In this document: piece by piece, positions 13,833 to 28,400 of the stretch
Layout of the letters: each line of letters begins with the position of its first letter
How positions within the stretch are numbered: position 1 is the first letter of the stretch
Source of the DNA: Felis catus
Taxonomy: Eukaryota
Reading direction: 5' to 3'
Assembly: GCF_018350175.1 (NCBI RefSeq)
Contig: NC_058368.1
Span: 193,318,001-193,382,000 of the forward strand
Length of the DNA: 64,000 nt
The notes under the pieces: generated by a model
What the model was told of the DNA's origin: nothing
The model's input: the letters and a program-made list of their open reading frames with translations, nothing else
The model's database searches: none
Program-made: the position numbers and the translations under genes

Positions 13833-15084
13833 AAAGGTAGACTTCCCTAATTACTAATCTTTGGCCAGTTACCTGACCTCAGTGGGCCTCGGTTCTTGCT
13901 CTGTGGAATGGATACATCAGGAGTATCTGTCTCTTGGGGTTTGCTGTGAGGATGGAAGGAGTTAATGCATGGACAACAATGAGAGCTGTATGTGGCTCAT
14001 ATTAATGCCTAGTCTAAGGGTAATGCCTAGTTGAAGGTTAGCAGGCTTCTATAGTATAAGACATTTCAGTATCAATTTACTATTGAAATTATCAATCTCT
14101 AAAGAAAAAGTGTATTATTTTAGAGCATTTCTCAAATTCATTTGGCAAAGTAACCCTCCTTACATGCAGAATGCCCTAGGGTAAGTGTGCCCCAAACCAC
14201 AAGACATTGCTCTAAAATCCCAAGTTATTTTGATAAAGGATAGGGGGAAAAAGCAAGATAAATCTGTTGTAGACCAGATTTACACTACTTAGAAAGAGAC
14301 TTTAATTTCTCAAGATAGTGGTCCTTCAAAGCTAGTATCGTGGCACTAGTTGTTAAATTGGGATCTATAAAAGTTATTGCATAGCTTGGTTTATATACAG
14401 CTTCCTTGATATCAAAAGCTAGAGGAATAGCTAAGTGTCATAAACAAGTTTATTTGATGTCTGACCCTTTTGTAGGGAAATAAAACAATATTGCCAGTCA
14501 AAAGAGTGGGGTGATGCCCAAACCCGGCCTGCACCTCACATAAGCTAGCAGTTGAGAAATCTGGTTCCACAGTTCGATGAAACGAAAGTTGACAAAGAGT
14601 TTTGAAGAGACACTACACTTCAGAGATGAGAGCAAATTTCCCTTTCTTGGAGAAATGGGTTGGATTATTATACAGCACTTTGATTCTCTACTGAGGATAT
14701 GCAGGACCTTTGATTCTCTCTGAAAGTAAATCAGAGCTAGTGGCTGGGTAAAGACTGGGGCCCATTATTCAGGGGAGGATTTAAACAATTCTAACAGTGA
14801 GAGGTCCTCTCCTGGGGCCAGTTATAATTTTTGATCTTCTGTTTCCATCTGCCTCTAAAGATTCTTTGAATGTAGGAAATGAGTCTAGATGATAGATTAG
14901 CTTTTTTTAAGTGAATGAAGTCTAAAAAAGAGATTGTTATAGAACAGTAAATTCAACTGATCTACCTTGCACAGTCAGCAAGTCAGATTTACACATTTGT
15001 ATCTCTCGGCTGCCTGTAAAGCCACAGCCTGGGGACCTCCGAAAATGAGATCCACTGTAATACAGTTTTTAAAAGTAGGTTGCC

Positions 15085-15510
15085 TATTGTGGCAAAGTCA
15101 ACTAGATGACCAGCAAGGACTCTTATTCTCTTTCCCTAGCATAGAGGTGTTGGCAGGAAGTATCTCCCTAGCCAGCAATTACATTTCCCAGCCCATGGGG
15201 CACCTAGGTGGGCCAGAGGATTGGGTTCTGGCCAGCGGAACACAGCACAAATTATGCCCATCTCTCTTGGTCTGACTCCCCCAAATCTCTAGCACAATTT
15301 CTGCTTTCTTTCTTCCTCATCTGTTAGCTAGATGTTGATAGCCAGAATGATGCAAACGGGCAATGGAGCCTCTATAAGCCTGAGTCTTAACCAGAGCCCT
15401 CAGTCCAAACACTGGTCACCAGGTGAGTGAGAATTAAACATCTATTGCATTAAAGAGCTAATAATTCAGAGTTTCTCTGTCACTGAACCTAGGGTTTTCT
15501 TAACTAACCT
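15085..15510 (+). mobile_element. Old MaLR LTR remnant (MLT1-like)
   Basis: ttacatttcccagccc...gttctggcca...gtgagtgagaattaaacatctattgcattaa motifs. Boundaries approximate. Confidence 0.45.
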
Positions 15511-15847
15511 ACTTAAAGAATTTGAACTTAATATGTTTATGTATGACTTTGAATTCTGCTGTAAGTGTTATTTAAAATTTTCCAGCATTTTTTTTTTCTT
15601 ACTTGCTGGCAGATCTATGGAAATATGGGCCAGAATAGTATGCACCCTGGTTGCCCAGCAACATCCAATAAACTGTCTACTCATTTAATAAAAAGCTATT
15701 TATTTGCATGTGCTTACTATGTGTCAATATACTGCAGGGGTTGAAGGTATAATACATAACACAACTGTGGTCCCTGATTTTAGACAGCTGGCATTTTAGT
15801 GGCAGGAAGGTGGCGAAGAGGGGAAGAAAGACAATATATACCCAGGC

Positions 15848-16179
15848 CAGGGGTCAGCAAACTTTATCTGGAAAGAACCAGAGAGTAAATGTTTTAGGCT
15901 TTGTGGGTCATACAGTCTCTTTTCTAAGTACCCATCTCTGCTGTTGTAGTGCAGAAGCAGCCACAGACAATATCTAAACAAATGAATGTGGCTATGTTCC
16001 AAAGAAACTTCATTTATGGATACTGAAATTGTATTTTGGGAAATTTTCACATATGATGAAATAGTTGTCTTTTGATTTGTTTCAACCATTTAAAAATGTA
16101 AAAAAATACTAGCTCATGGGCTGTACAAAAGCAGGCAGTGGGATGAATTTGCCTTGCAGGCTGAAGTCCGCCAACCCCA
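15848..16179 (+). mobile_element. MER58B-like hAT DNA transposon
   Basis: caggggtcagcaaact start, gcagccacagacaata...aatgaatgtggctatgttcc core and gccaacccc end (TIR-like). Confidence 0.82.
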
Positions 16180-17790
16180 ATCTAGATCACTAAGCCAACA
16201 AGAATAGATCAGAAGCGTTAAGCATTAAGAAAAAAAAAATAGAATGGGATAATGGGATTGTGCCAGATGGTGGGGGCCACTTTACATAGCTTGGTCAAGG
16301 ACAGCCTCTCCAAAGTGACTTCACTTGAGCAGAGACCTGAACCACAGGGAGAGAGAGTACACAAAACTGCAATGATAGAGAACATCAGGTAAAGGGATGG
16401 AACGATGTCAGTGCAGCTGTGCAGTGATGAGCTAGAGACAGAGGAGCAAGAACCCATGCCAGAGGGAAGCAGCCTCTATTTTCTGAAGGTCAAGGGAAGG
16501 AGTTATATTTACCTGCAACAGGAAGCCAAGGGAAAGTTGTAAGCAGAGAAACAATAGAACCTGATGCATATTGACCTTACAGAAGGGCAAGGATGTAGAT
16601 AGTGGGACTAGGTGATAGGTAAGGAGGCTCCCGTATGCATCCAGGATGGCGTGGGGGTGGCTTGGGCTCTAGGGTCAGCAGTAGAAACAGAGGTGGTTGG
16701 GTTGGAGCAATGTCTTAGAGCTATAAGAGGATTTGGCACGTCCAAAGTTGGGGAGCAAGGATTTACAGAAAAACTTCTGAAGATCATATGGAATGGAAGG
16801 CTGTGAATTCTTTGGGACTTTAGATTACTTCTGACATCAGCAGGACTTTGTGTCACTTTTAGTTTGCTTTCCTGCCCGTGCTTTCCTTTCTAGTTACTCA
16901 GAGGGTCAGGATCCGGGATAAGAAACTCAAGGCAGGGCAGGATAAGGCAAGGCAGGGCAGGGGGATTCAAGTCAAGTTGCAATGAGAAGTAGACGCCTGC
17001 AATCAGGTCAGAAGCTAGACAGAGGGCCAATGATGATGGGAAAGATGGTTAAAATTCACAATGCTGGTCCCTTGATGAAAGACCTTGGAGAATTTTCCCT
17101 ACACTTCTCCCTTGGCAGTCATTTATCAGAATTTTTGATCCAACCTGGATCTGATGAGGTATTTTAGATCTCAGATAGAGATCTCTTCATCGGTACCCCC
17201 TGGTGAACAAGATTTCCTGAGGATTTAGCTTTAGCAGAGCCAATGCCAAATCTGGCATCTATGCTGCTAAATGTATGATGCACGGATGCTTGGAAGTGTG
17301 CACATTTCACTGAGATGTCAGATTGGACCCAGATACCTAGAGGGTATCTGTTGGCGCATCAGTGCCAAGGATATAGGCCAAAAGATCAGGAGAGTGTCCC
17401 TGAGGCCCCAAATCAAGCAACAGCAGCTCCTCTTTATTACATATATCAGGTAAGGCCACGCAATGTTTACTGAAACAAGCACAACTAGGTCACTCTTAAA
17501 TCTGAGGAATTACTTTGCTAGGAGGCTGATTGAGTAAAAGACCTGAAGCCACAGATGTAGAGGAATTGATTTTCTCCAAGTCAGATTCCCTGTAAACAAA
17601 GGATGCTTGAGCCCACAGTCTAAGCAAGAATTTAGTCTTGGGGAAGTAAGCTGGAAAACAGCCTTGGGATCTGAAACAATAAAGCACAGCCATTTGCTGG
17701 TGGATTTTAAGGTTACTCTGTTCTTTCTGTTTGGTGATTTATCCATTCCATAGGCTTGTACAGCCTGATTCACTCAAACTCAAGGCTGAC

Positions 17791-17791
<1 letters not shown>

Positions 17792-17835
<44 letters not shown>
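17792..17835 (+). repeat. A44 homopolymer with no adjacent retroelement body
   Basis: Read directly. Confidence 0.93.
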
Positions 17836-17839
<4 letters not shown>

Positions 17840-18828
17840 TGGCCTAAAGAAGGGAGTTTAAACAAACAAACAAAACATGTGCTGGATGTCGATTACATGC
17901 CAGGAGTTGCTTTTCTGAATCCCTCACTACAAGCTGTGGAGGTAGGAGGCACCGTTGCATTTAATTCTGACAGTGACCCTGTGCGGTACAGGATATTATC
18001 CCCCTTTTGGAGATGATGTAACTGAGGTCCAGGGAGGCTAAGTAACTTGTTCTAGGTCACGTGCCTACTGAAGAACAAAGCAGGGACTTAAATCCTGGCC
18101 TGTCTGCCTCCAAAGCCCAAGCTCATAACCATTCTGCCTGTGTTTCTCACCAAACCACCTGGAGCACTGGGAGCCTCTCCACTCGGGAAGCTGGCTTTTT
18201 AAATGTGCAGACTCCCGAGACTCATCTCTGTTCTCTTAAAGCAGAATGTCCAGCTTTGGGGAACCCGGGAATCTCTATTTTTAACAAGGCCTCCAGGTAA
18301 TTCTTCTACTTGCTCAAGTGTGAGAACTGCCAATCTTGCTACGATGCGTCCTCTCCTGAGGAGAGCTCTTGATGTCGTGCAAATTTGGAGGAGACAAGGA
18401 GGCTTCCCACAGTCTCTGGTGAAGTTTAAGGTCAACATGAAGGACTGAGACCTGTGTTCCCGGGGGTAGTGATTTGGGAAGTTCCCACTGATGGGCGTTT
18501 TGTCCATTGAGGAGGGTCCCTAATCCCACCTGCCCTGAGGGAGTCAAAGCCCAGCCCAGAGAGGGACAACTTGACTGGAGGCATAAGCTTGACAGGGATG
18601 CTATCACATGCATCGGTGTCCATGGTGTCAGTGCTGAGAGGAACTGAGGTTTGCACAGCCCAGCACCTCTCACTCGTTTTAAAGACCCGGAGAAGTTAAA
18701 GCCACCCTGCTGGGCGATAACCAGGCTGGGGTAGAAGCCTCTGCCTTCTCTTCATCCGTATCTCATTACCACTATGTCCCCAATATACCTAGCCTGCTGT
18801 TAATGGGCAGGGAAGAATCTGGCTTTCC

Positions 18829-19061
18829 TTTTTTTTTTTTTTTTTTTTTAAATTGTTTTTAACGTTTATTTGTTTTTGAGACAGAGAGAGACGGAGCATG
18901 AATGGGGGAGGATCAGAGAGAGGGAGACACAGAATCTGAAACAGGCTCCAGGCTCTGAGCTGTCAGCACAGAGCCTGATGCGGGGCTTGAACTCACGGAT
19001 CGTGAGATCATGACCTGAGCCGAAGTCGGCCGCTTAACCGACTGAGCCACCCAGGCGCCCC
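18829..19061 (-). mobile_element. Young felid Can-SINE
   Basis: CpG-retaining, consensus-like body and long T run. TSD aatctggcttt (18816-18826 / 19063-19073). Confidence 0.95.
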
Positions 19062-20344
19062 AAATCTGGCTTTATTTTCAACCACCCCATTACACTGCAG
19101 GGAAAAGAACTAGATAAACACCCATGTTTTAATTTTGACAAACACGCAACTGCTCATAGGTAGTATGCATGTGCCAATTTCATCCACCAGGAGATAGTAT
19201 TTTTCCGCCCTGAGGGCAGTAGGCCATTCTGAGGATTCTGAGCAAGAGCCCAGGTCCATGGTCAACAATGTTCTGTGTAGGAGCAACCTTCTTGCCTGCC
19301 CAAGTCCTTACCCAAAAGAACTGCTTTTATGTTTTCATGTACCATGCAGGGGATGACACTGCCCCTTCTTCTCTGCATCTGAAAGGAAGAAGGGCTGGGG
19401 AGGAGGTCACGTAACTGGTGTCCCTTCTAAGGGCAGCAAAATACTCTGAGCTCCTCACTCCTCCACAGTCATTGGAAATGTTCCAGTTGTGTTCTGGAGC
19501 CATTCAGCTGTGGCAGCTGCTGCAGCAAGATGAGTGTGGCCTGGAGAATCATGGGGCCCGTTTCATTATAACTCACTGTGGGACCTTAGGCGGCCTACCA
19601 GGCTGGCCTGCCTCAGTTTATCCATCTAGGAAAGGGGAGCTATATCATGAAGGCTGATATTCTTCACAACCGCACTAAAGAAAAAAAATACTTTGAAAAA
19701 GATAAATAAGTCATCTCAGGGCTTGTAGACTTTAGTCACATAACAGCTCCTGACATTTGCCATACCTCTTAGTAACCACTCACTGAACAATGATCAGGTG
19801 CCAAGGCATACATGATACGTCTCCATTCTAGAGATGTGGAGATTGAGGATGGAAAGAGTTAAGTCACCTAGCAGATGTCTTTTCCAGCACAGGAGTTTGT
19901 AGAACAGGGGATAACAGAAATGAACTCAGACTTAGACTATTTTTGGATGGGCATCCCTTGCAGTAAATTTTGTCCCCAAGGACAATGCCCTTGTGCAATC
20001 ACCATGCCAAAGGTTTGCTGAAAAGTGGTTATGCTCCTAGTGGCTACGCTCAGAACCAGATCGAGAGCCCTGTTTGGCAACTGCTGAAAGTTAACACAGG
20101 TAGTGGGCCTACTGTAGCCGATTCCTGAAGTGTGCCCATTAGAAGGTGGGAAATGGGTTCTGGGTCCTCAAAGTGTTCACAATCTAGGAAGAAGTATGGG
20201 ATGTATGTGAATGCACTGCAACAGGGGACAGTGTGATGGTGTCCTGGTGACATCACATGTGCTGTGGGAACACAAAAAGACAAGAGAAGGCTTCCATTGG
20301 GTGAGGAAGGAGTGATGATAGAGAAGCCACTGAAACTTGGCCTT

Positions 20345-20828
20345 TGTGGCAGGCAGAGTAATGGCTCCTCTGAAGATGTCCATACCCTTTCCCCAGAACC
20401 TGTAACCTGTCACCTTACATAGCAGAAGGGACACTGCAGATGGGATTAAGGTTACAGACCTTGAGATGGGGAGATTATCCTGGATTATTGGTGTGGGTCT
20501 AAACCAATTATGGGAGTTCTTAAAAGCAGGGTATCTTTCTTGACTGTGGTCAGAGAGAAGATGTGAGGTTGGGTCAGACGTGATGTTGCTGGGTTTGAGG
20601 ATGAGGAAGGGGAATATGAACTGAGAAACATGGGTGGCCTCAAGAAGAAAGTGGAAAAGACCAAGAAATAGATTCTCCAGAAGGCACACATGCCTGCCAG
20701 TATCTTGATTTTAGCCCAGTGAGACTCAAGCAAGAATTCTGACCTATGATAAATTTATGTTGTTTTAAGCCACTGTTGGAAGTAATTTGTCACGGCAGCA
20801 ATAAAAACAAAAAACAAAAAACAATACA
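20345..20828 (+). mobile_element. MaLR solo LTR (MLT1D-like)
   Basis: TG...CA ends (tgtggcaggcagagtaatggc ... aataca) and internal gaccttgagatggggagattatcctggatta. Perfect 5-bp TSD gcctt (20340-20344 / 20829-20833). Confidence 0.88.
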
Positions 20829-20939
20829 GCCTTGGGAAATGGGATGTGGTGAGACAGACTATGATATACAGGGTGGGGTTCCAGACGGGAGAGCAAAGGA
20901 TATATGTTTATGGGAGGTGGGGACAGAAAGGATAAGCAG

Positions 20940-21141
20940 ACCTGTTACGTAGAACTTTCTGTGACGATGGAAATGGTATACATCGGTGCTGTCTAGTATG
21001 GCAGTCACTAAACCACATTGATTCTTGAGCACTTACCACATTGCTAGTGCAACTGAGGGACTGGCTTTTAAATTTTGTTAAGTTAAAAATTAAATTTAAA
21101 TAGCTATGCATGGCTAGTAGCAACTATATTTGACATCGTGG
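20940..21141 (+). mobile_element. MER3-like hAT DNA transposon
   Basis: tagaactttctgtgacgatggaaatg...tgctagtgcaactgagggactg...aaatttaaatagctatgcatggctagt, matching recalled MER3 motifs. Confidence 0.7.
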
Positions 21142-22130
21142 GCATAGAGAGCATGAAGTTTGAGAGATTAAGATCTAACTTTCAATGTCTCAGGCCCAGC
21201 CCTTAGAATTTCTGCACACATTAGGTCATTTAATCCCCTAAGTGAGCCTAGGAGGTTGGCATTATTTATGGCGATCCCCATTTACTAGATGAGAGAACTA
21301 AGGCACAAAGAACCTGAATGACTTATCCAGAATCACAGACTGATAAGTGGTGATGCCAGGAATGACCTCCAGGATTCCAGAGCCAATCCTCTGACCCATG
21401 TCACTCTACTAATATTCTACCATAATATGCAATACCTCTTACCACTACATCATGCCATCATAAGAAAGAATATGATGGAGGCCATGGACAGGATAACAGA
21501 GGCTGCCACGAGGCATAAACAGGAGAGGCCAGGGAAGGCATCCCTAGGGCATGACATTTACTCTGAGTGCTTAAGGAATTGAGGAGGAATTGGCCAAGAA
21601 AAGGAAGGGAAGGGGGTAGAGAGTCCCAGGTAGAGGGAACAGGTATGAAAGCTCCAAGGTGAGGGAGAATGTGATCTATTCAAGGAAGTGAAAGTTGATC
21701 AGAATGGCTGGCATCAAGAGAGAAAGAAAGCGAGTATCTAAGATCCAGGGTGGAGAGATTGACAGAGACCAGACAACACAAGTTCTGGTCAAATTGTGAA
21801 TGCTTTCCAAGGATTTGAATGTTATTCTAAAAGTTAATATGCATATATACTATATATTACATATGCAAACACATACACATATCTTTCACTCCTTCTGTAT
21901 GGAAAATGGAGTGGATATGACCAAGTGTGGATCAGGAGAAAATGGTTAATGTCATCAAGTAACCACATTCCCGAGTTCTTCAGAATCCCTCAGGAATAGC
22001 AGTAGCATTTATACACCTCTATTACTTTATATTTTCAAAGTACTTTCCCATCCTTTCAATCTTCACTAGTACCCTGCGACAAAGGTAGAGATTTTTATCT
22101 CCATTTTGCAGATGGGTGAATTAATTCTCA

Positions 22131-22439
<309 letters not shown>

Positions 22440-25400
22440 TCAGAAGTTCCACTTGTGCTTGTTTGCTTTTTCTGCTAAAGTGGAAGTCCAGAACCCGAGA
22501 AGCTTACATGGGATGAGGTCTCGGAGTCGCATGATGACTAAGATCCTCCTTGCCCACAGCAGACACGGCTATGGGCAGTTCTCTTTCCTACCAAACTGAG
22601 ATTCATACTGAAAACCTTTTTCAACCATTGCCTTAGGCAAACAGTAATAAGGGATCAAAGTAGATTCTGATAAGAAATCTCTGTGCCATCCTGATCAAAC
22701 ACCTCCCATCGTGACCACCTCCAGGGGCAGCGCCTGCCTCTCAGACACACGCCTTTAGTGGAGAAACAGGAGGCCTGCAAAGGAAAGGGGGCCAGTGCAC
22801 CATTCCTGGTGAGTCAGGAGAAGAAGCTGGCCTTATGAAGCCTTGAGCCATGCTTGAATATGGTTCCTGGGTTCCCTTGTGAAGCCGGGAAATAAAATAT
22901 GTGGGAATCTGAAGACCTGACATTGGAAGGCCTGAATGTGACCCTGGGAAACCAACTGACCTTGGGAGATTCACCTCTCTCAGCCTCCGGTTTCCAAAAT
23001 TCCTGCTCTGTCTGCTTTAAAGGACACAGCAAATGTCAAAGTGCCGTGAAAACCTGAAAGCACCTGAGGAGAGCCCTTCATGTTAAGACCAGAGTAGGCA
23101 GGGCTTGAAACAAGTCTCAGCTGGTTAAAGAAAAATTTGTATTCAACTACAAATATGCTTCGTGGGATTTCTTTTCCACAAATGAGTCAGATCAAACTTT
23201 CATGGTCTCAAATCTTTAATCATAGAAAAGCTCAAGTGGTCAACATGTGGGATTCAAGACCTTTAGGGCCAAGTCTGCCACTCTGGAGGTGACCAATAAA
23301 TCTCACCTAAGTCTACTCTCCAAGTAAGGATGAGTCTAGCTGTATGTCATCTGCTCAGGTGTAAGAAGCCACAATCTCTAATGGTGACCCACCATGGGTT
23401 CTCACATCAGTCTGGCCTAAGGCCAGTGAGGTGAGTCTCTACCTATAACCAATATGAACATGGCCCTGTAACCCCACACCGTTTATTTATCCCCTTCAAA
23501 TAGCTTAAAAGTAAGACTTATAGGGCTTTATCTTTTTCTGACAGTGACCAGCTTCTATGCCCTCAGAAGGTATAAGAATAGTTGGGGTGTGTGTATTTGA
23601 GAGAAGGGGTGGGGGAATGGAAAGAGAGAGGGAGGGAGGGAGAGAAGGAGAGAGGGAGAGAAAGAAAAAGGGGGGCTGACTGCTCTCAGGATGACCCTCT
23701 CATCACCTTCTGGTCTGAAGTCTCGCTGGGGAGGCCATGACAGGCCCAGAGTGCTGGACAAATTATACAACAAGCTTTTCACTCTCTCAGCTGAAATATG
23801 GAGAAATGCTCAACTCTGGAGAAGTCTAGGCTGGCTTTGCTTTTCAGAGAGAACACAAAGCACAGATCTTCCTGGAAAGAATAAGAAGGGAGCTATTCCA
23901 ATCAATTAGCAACCGCACCTTCTCACCTTGGTCATCTCGTGATCATCTCTGGCTTTCCCATTCATTTGGGTTTGAGAGAGGTATGCTAAGTATGGGTTTA
24001 AGTAACTCATCTGGAAAAACAGACTGGGGCACATGTGCAGATGAATGGGTGGTTGAGTGACTTTCCCAAACAGAAGGAAGTATGTCATTAATGATCCAAA
24101 TGGGCATCTATGCTTTGGCCCCGGTCTCAAGTCTCAGACCAATTACCAGTATGGCGTTTTAGTATCAATTTCTATGACTCAGTTTGCTCGTTTGTTTAAC
24201 GGGACCAGTTAGGGGTTAATTATGTCGTAAGGTTGTTTTAAGGATTAAATGAGATATTTTATGACCAATGCTTGCTGCATGGTGAGTATTCGGCAAAGGC
24301 CAGCTGTTGTTGCTACCAATGGTGTAGATAATAACTACCACCATTTGACAATGTTTTATGTTCACAAAGTACTTTCGTGCATATTCATCTCCATATACAG
24401 GAACCCCCGGAGGTACCCATTTAGGGAGAAACCAGAACTTACATGGGAGAAACCAGAACTCTGGAAGGTAAACTGATTTGCTCAAGACTTAAGACTTTTC
24501 AGTGTCAAAGGCAGGCCTAAAATCCAGAGCTTTTGCTATTCTAGTATATTCACTGATGGTACCAAGTGGCCTCTCAAAACAGGCGACAATGCTATCATGC
24601 TAGTCTCTGAGTGAACGCAGAAATGCACACAGTAGTATGTTCTGCGTGCCTACTGCTGTCACCCGCTGCTACCGCTGGGCATTTCCCTGGCCATGCTCTG
24701 TTAACTCCTAATGAGGCGGCCATGAACAGGTCACCGAGCCTATCTGTTTCTGAGTTTCCTCCTCAAAGAACTGAAGTGTTTAGCATATTGCCTGGGACAA
24801 ATGTAAAATGTATATTATTTAAATGATGATGAGGAGGAGGAGGAGGAGGATGGCTACTACTATTGTAGGGTAGTAGGGTGGGTAAGGTATGGAAAAATAA
24901 GATGATTTCAACATTGAAGCCTTGAGTCTGGTAAGTTGTTAGAGCAGGGGACTCTTTCAGCAGAGATGAAGGTGTTGCCACTGGCATTTGTACAAGCCTT
25001 TCTCAGTTTCCAAAAAAATCATCATTAGCAAAGTCCTAGGCCCTCTACCTGAAGGCCCCTTGCACCGCCACAGTGTTTTCACAGGAAGGTGTTCATTTGG
25101 TGTTCACAGGAACCCAGCAGGGAGCAGTAACAGCAGTTATTTTGCCTATTTTACAGATAGGATTATTGAGACTCAGAGCTTACGGCACTTGGGTTCAGAA
25201 TTCACAGTAAGTCATGAGAGGTCTGGGGCAGCTGTAGGCTCTTACCATCTAGTTGGAGAAGCCAAGACTTACACACACTGAGATAAATCAAAGTATGGGA
25301 AAGCAGACATCTCTGAACGACCCTTCCATTATGGCAGAGCAAAGAGAGGTCAAGAGAATGGCTTAGCCCCAGAGCATTTACATGGACAGTCTGGACTCAC

Positions 25401-28400
25401 AGTCAGAAGAAGCAGCTTCTCAGAAACACCCACTTTGGGCAAATCTAGAAACTGCTATCTTTTTCATCAGGGCTGAACTTCTTAGCCCTCATTGCCACCG
25501 CACCCTGCCGCCCCCCCACCCCCGGCCCTATCTAGGGAGACTGGGGTCAAAAACTGAGTCCCCCCTTGGTTCCTGCTTCCTGGAACTCCCGCCACCATCC
25601 TGGCGTCTGCCAGCTCCCTCTGTGAGAAACAAAGAATTAGCCGTGGCTTCCTGTAAGTGGTACTGGGTGCCAGCTCAGAGTCTGCCGCTCATGAGAGGCT
25701 GAAGCACAATTTTTCTTTCCTGCCTTCTGCTGGGAGAGTGCTACGTAGTGTTTGCACTATTTGAGGCATCAATACTGCAGACTTCCCCACCCCCTATTCC
25801 TGAGGGCAGCAGCAGAGACGCTCTGGACCCAGGGCCTCTGTAACTTCTTTGTGGCTGCTTTCAAGTGGACCCATCCTCGTGGCACCCCACTTGAGTGCTC
25901 ATTGGGTGTGGGAAATCAGGGCCTGTGGTCTAGGTCCCAGTGGATCACATCCTGGTTATTCCAGCCAGGGCAAGTCACAGGACCCCTCTGAGCTCCCACT
26001 TTCTCATCTGCACAATGGGAAGGACAACTTGGCTTTAATCATCTCATTCAGTTGCCCTGATGTTCAAAGAAGCTTCTACATTCTTCTTCTTTTTTTGAAT
26101 TTTTTCATTTTTAAAAATTTGAGCCTTGTAACAAGCCAATGAGGCAGGCAGTGCTAAGAGGATTATGTACATTCAGGAGATGAGGAACTCAATGCCAGGA
26201 AAGTTGAGTAGTTAGTCTAAGATCCCCAAGCTAGAGCTTGGTGGAGCCATGGTGAAAACCCACCTCTTCTCTTTCTAACTCCCTGACAGCCAAACATGAT
26301 GCCCACAAGTCCTTGATTGTACCTTGACTCTGGTTCCTGCTGGATATCATACGCTTACATCCTCCAAAGTCCGATTCGCTCTTTATTCAAATTTATCCTT
26401 CCCTTAAGGCTTTCATGACCATCCATCTCAGCTGGCTTGAGACCGTTCCAGTCTACAACTCCTGCTCTGGAATAATTGATAATAGCTTTTTCTTTCACTC
26501 ATAAGTGTCCCAGTTTGGATGATAAATTATAGGATCACCTTATTTAATGCCCAGACCCATCTTATAAGAAACCTTGTCGATACCCAGACTCCTCAGTCAT
26601 GGCGTTCTCCTGTGACTGTCCATAGGACTGAGAGCTTGGCTATGCTATTTAGCCCTTAATCCACACCTTTAGAGCTAGGATTTCTCAGGAGCTTGCCTTC
26701 CATTTAAAAGTGGGTCTTGAGTCCTGAAAGGCAGGAACTGTCTCTTACACTGCTATTGCCTGTGCCACCCCAGATCTCACCTAGCAAAATGCTGGGACTT
26801 CCTTCACTCTGATAGGCTTGAGCATTGACTGACAGATGGCAAACACAAAGACTGAGAGGTCTGATCATCATTTAGGGCAAGCATTCTTCACCTGAAGTCT
26901 TGGGATTGGCTTCCAGGAGTAATATGGTCCTCGGACTCCTGGTCCTACAAAAATATATGTATGTACATGTGTGCATGTTTCTGGGAAAGAGAGTCCAGAG
27001 CTTTTAAAAATAATATCCTCAGTGGGCTTGTGACCTCCAAATGCTAAGAGCCTGACTTGGGAAGCTGGATCTTCTCTGTCAGCCAGAAGCAGACTTATGG
27101 GTCTGCTTCCTAATGCCTACTCCTTCCTGGAGCACGGAGGGCTTCCAGGATGTGGGCTCATTACTATTCTGAATGGCTCCTGGATGTCAGGCAGGCAGGT
27201 GGCTGATTATCTTCACTCTGTTGCTGGGGAAATTACAGCAGGGTAAGGGGGGATGGGGGTGCATAGATATTACCCAAGGCCAAGTGCTATTGCTGGCTGG
27301 GCCACAGCCCTCGTGTCTCCCCTGCTAGGCTGGACCTCTGAGACTTCAGGGCAGTTATGTACACAAAGTGAGGTAGCAAGCAGATGTGGGTCAGAGTCCC
27401 AGTTTCACCACTAACCAGCTATATAATTTGGGGAAATTTTTAAAAATATCTCTGAAGCTCATTTTCTCCATTTATAAAGCATAAATTAATAAAACTAGCT
27501 ACCTCAGAGTATTATATTGAGGATTCAATGAGTGAAACATGTAAAGTATGTTCAGAACCTCATATACAAAAGAAGCCCTTAACACATCAGAGCTGGCATT
27601 ACCATTATTTTTATCAGCACCATGCTCTAACCAGATGAGCTAACTGGCCACTACCATTATTTTTACAATAATGGGCTTATTCCTTCAGGCCTCACTCGCA
27701 TGTATCCCATTTCTAACACAAGCTGAACTGCATAGGCCTCTTCCCAATGTGTGACCTGAAGGCCAGTGATTAGGGAAGCAAAGACCTGAGCCCTCAACCA
27801 CAGGTTCCAGAAACTGAGTATCAGCAGAATTTACCCAGCGTATTGTGGGCACACAGTTGCTCACTAGTGGCGTGACTATTTCAAGAGATGGGTCTAGAAG
27901 GTGAAATGCCTGGACAGTGGCCATGACCGTGTGTGGAAGGCCCTGCGGCTCAATGTGTACAAGCAAAGGGCCGAGAGGCCAAGGGACAGGCCTGAAGCAG
28001 GAGGAGGAGGCAGGATGGGAGTCTCCTCAAGCCTCTGCTGCTAAGCTGCTGTGTGACCCTGGATGAGTCACTGCTACTCTGGTCAGCTGCCTCCTCTATG
28101 AAGTAATGGAAATGGAAGTCTGTAATCTTATCTAAAGTCTCATTCAGCAATAAATTACTGCGATTCTGGATTCTTAACAAAGACTTAAAAAGGAATCTGT
28201 TTGAACAGCTGATCTTGGGATCAGAATGTTGGAGTTTTGTGTTTGGGGCTAGTTCTCCCCCACCCACCCCATCCCCCAACAGAGGCTGAAGAGTTTCTTA
28301 AGGGTTAGGTCTTGCCTTCTCTTATCTCCATTGCTTGGCCCCAGGCCAGAGTGCCCACAGGTTCTCAGGGAGCAGCTGACTGGCTGCCAGAGAAGCAGAT

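Noticed and set aside
17230..17271. Small two-stem hairpin (TTTAGCAG/CTGCTAAA, ATGCCA/TGGCAT) as a possible miRNA or structured RNA
   Set aside because: Only 42 nt with a large internal loop. It is too short for a pre-miRNA and expected by chance in 64 kb.
24424..24460. 16-bp direct repeat gggagaaaccagaact (21-bp period), and similar small duplications near 42770, 52151 and 62119
   Set aside because: Ordinary short slippage duplications in degenerate repeat or intronic DNA, with no sign of function.
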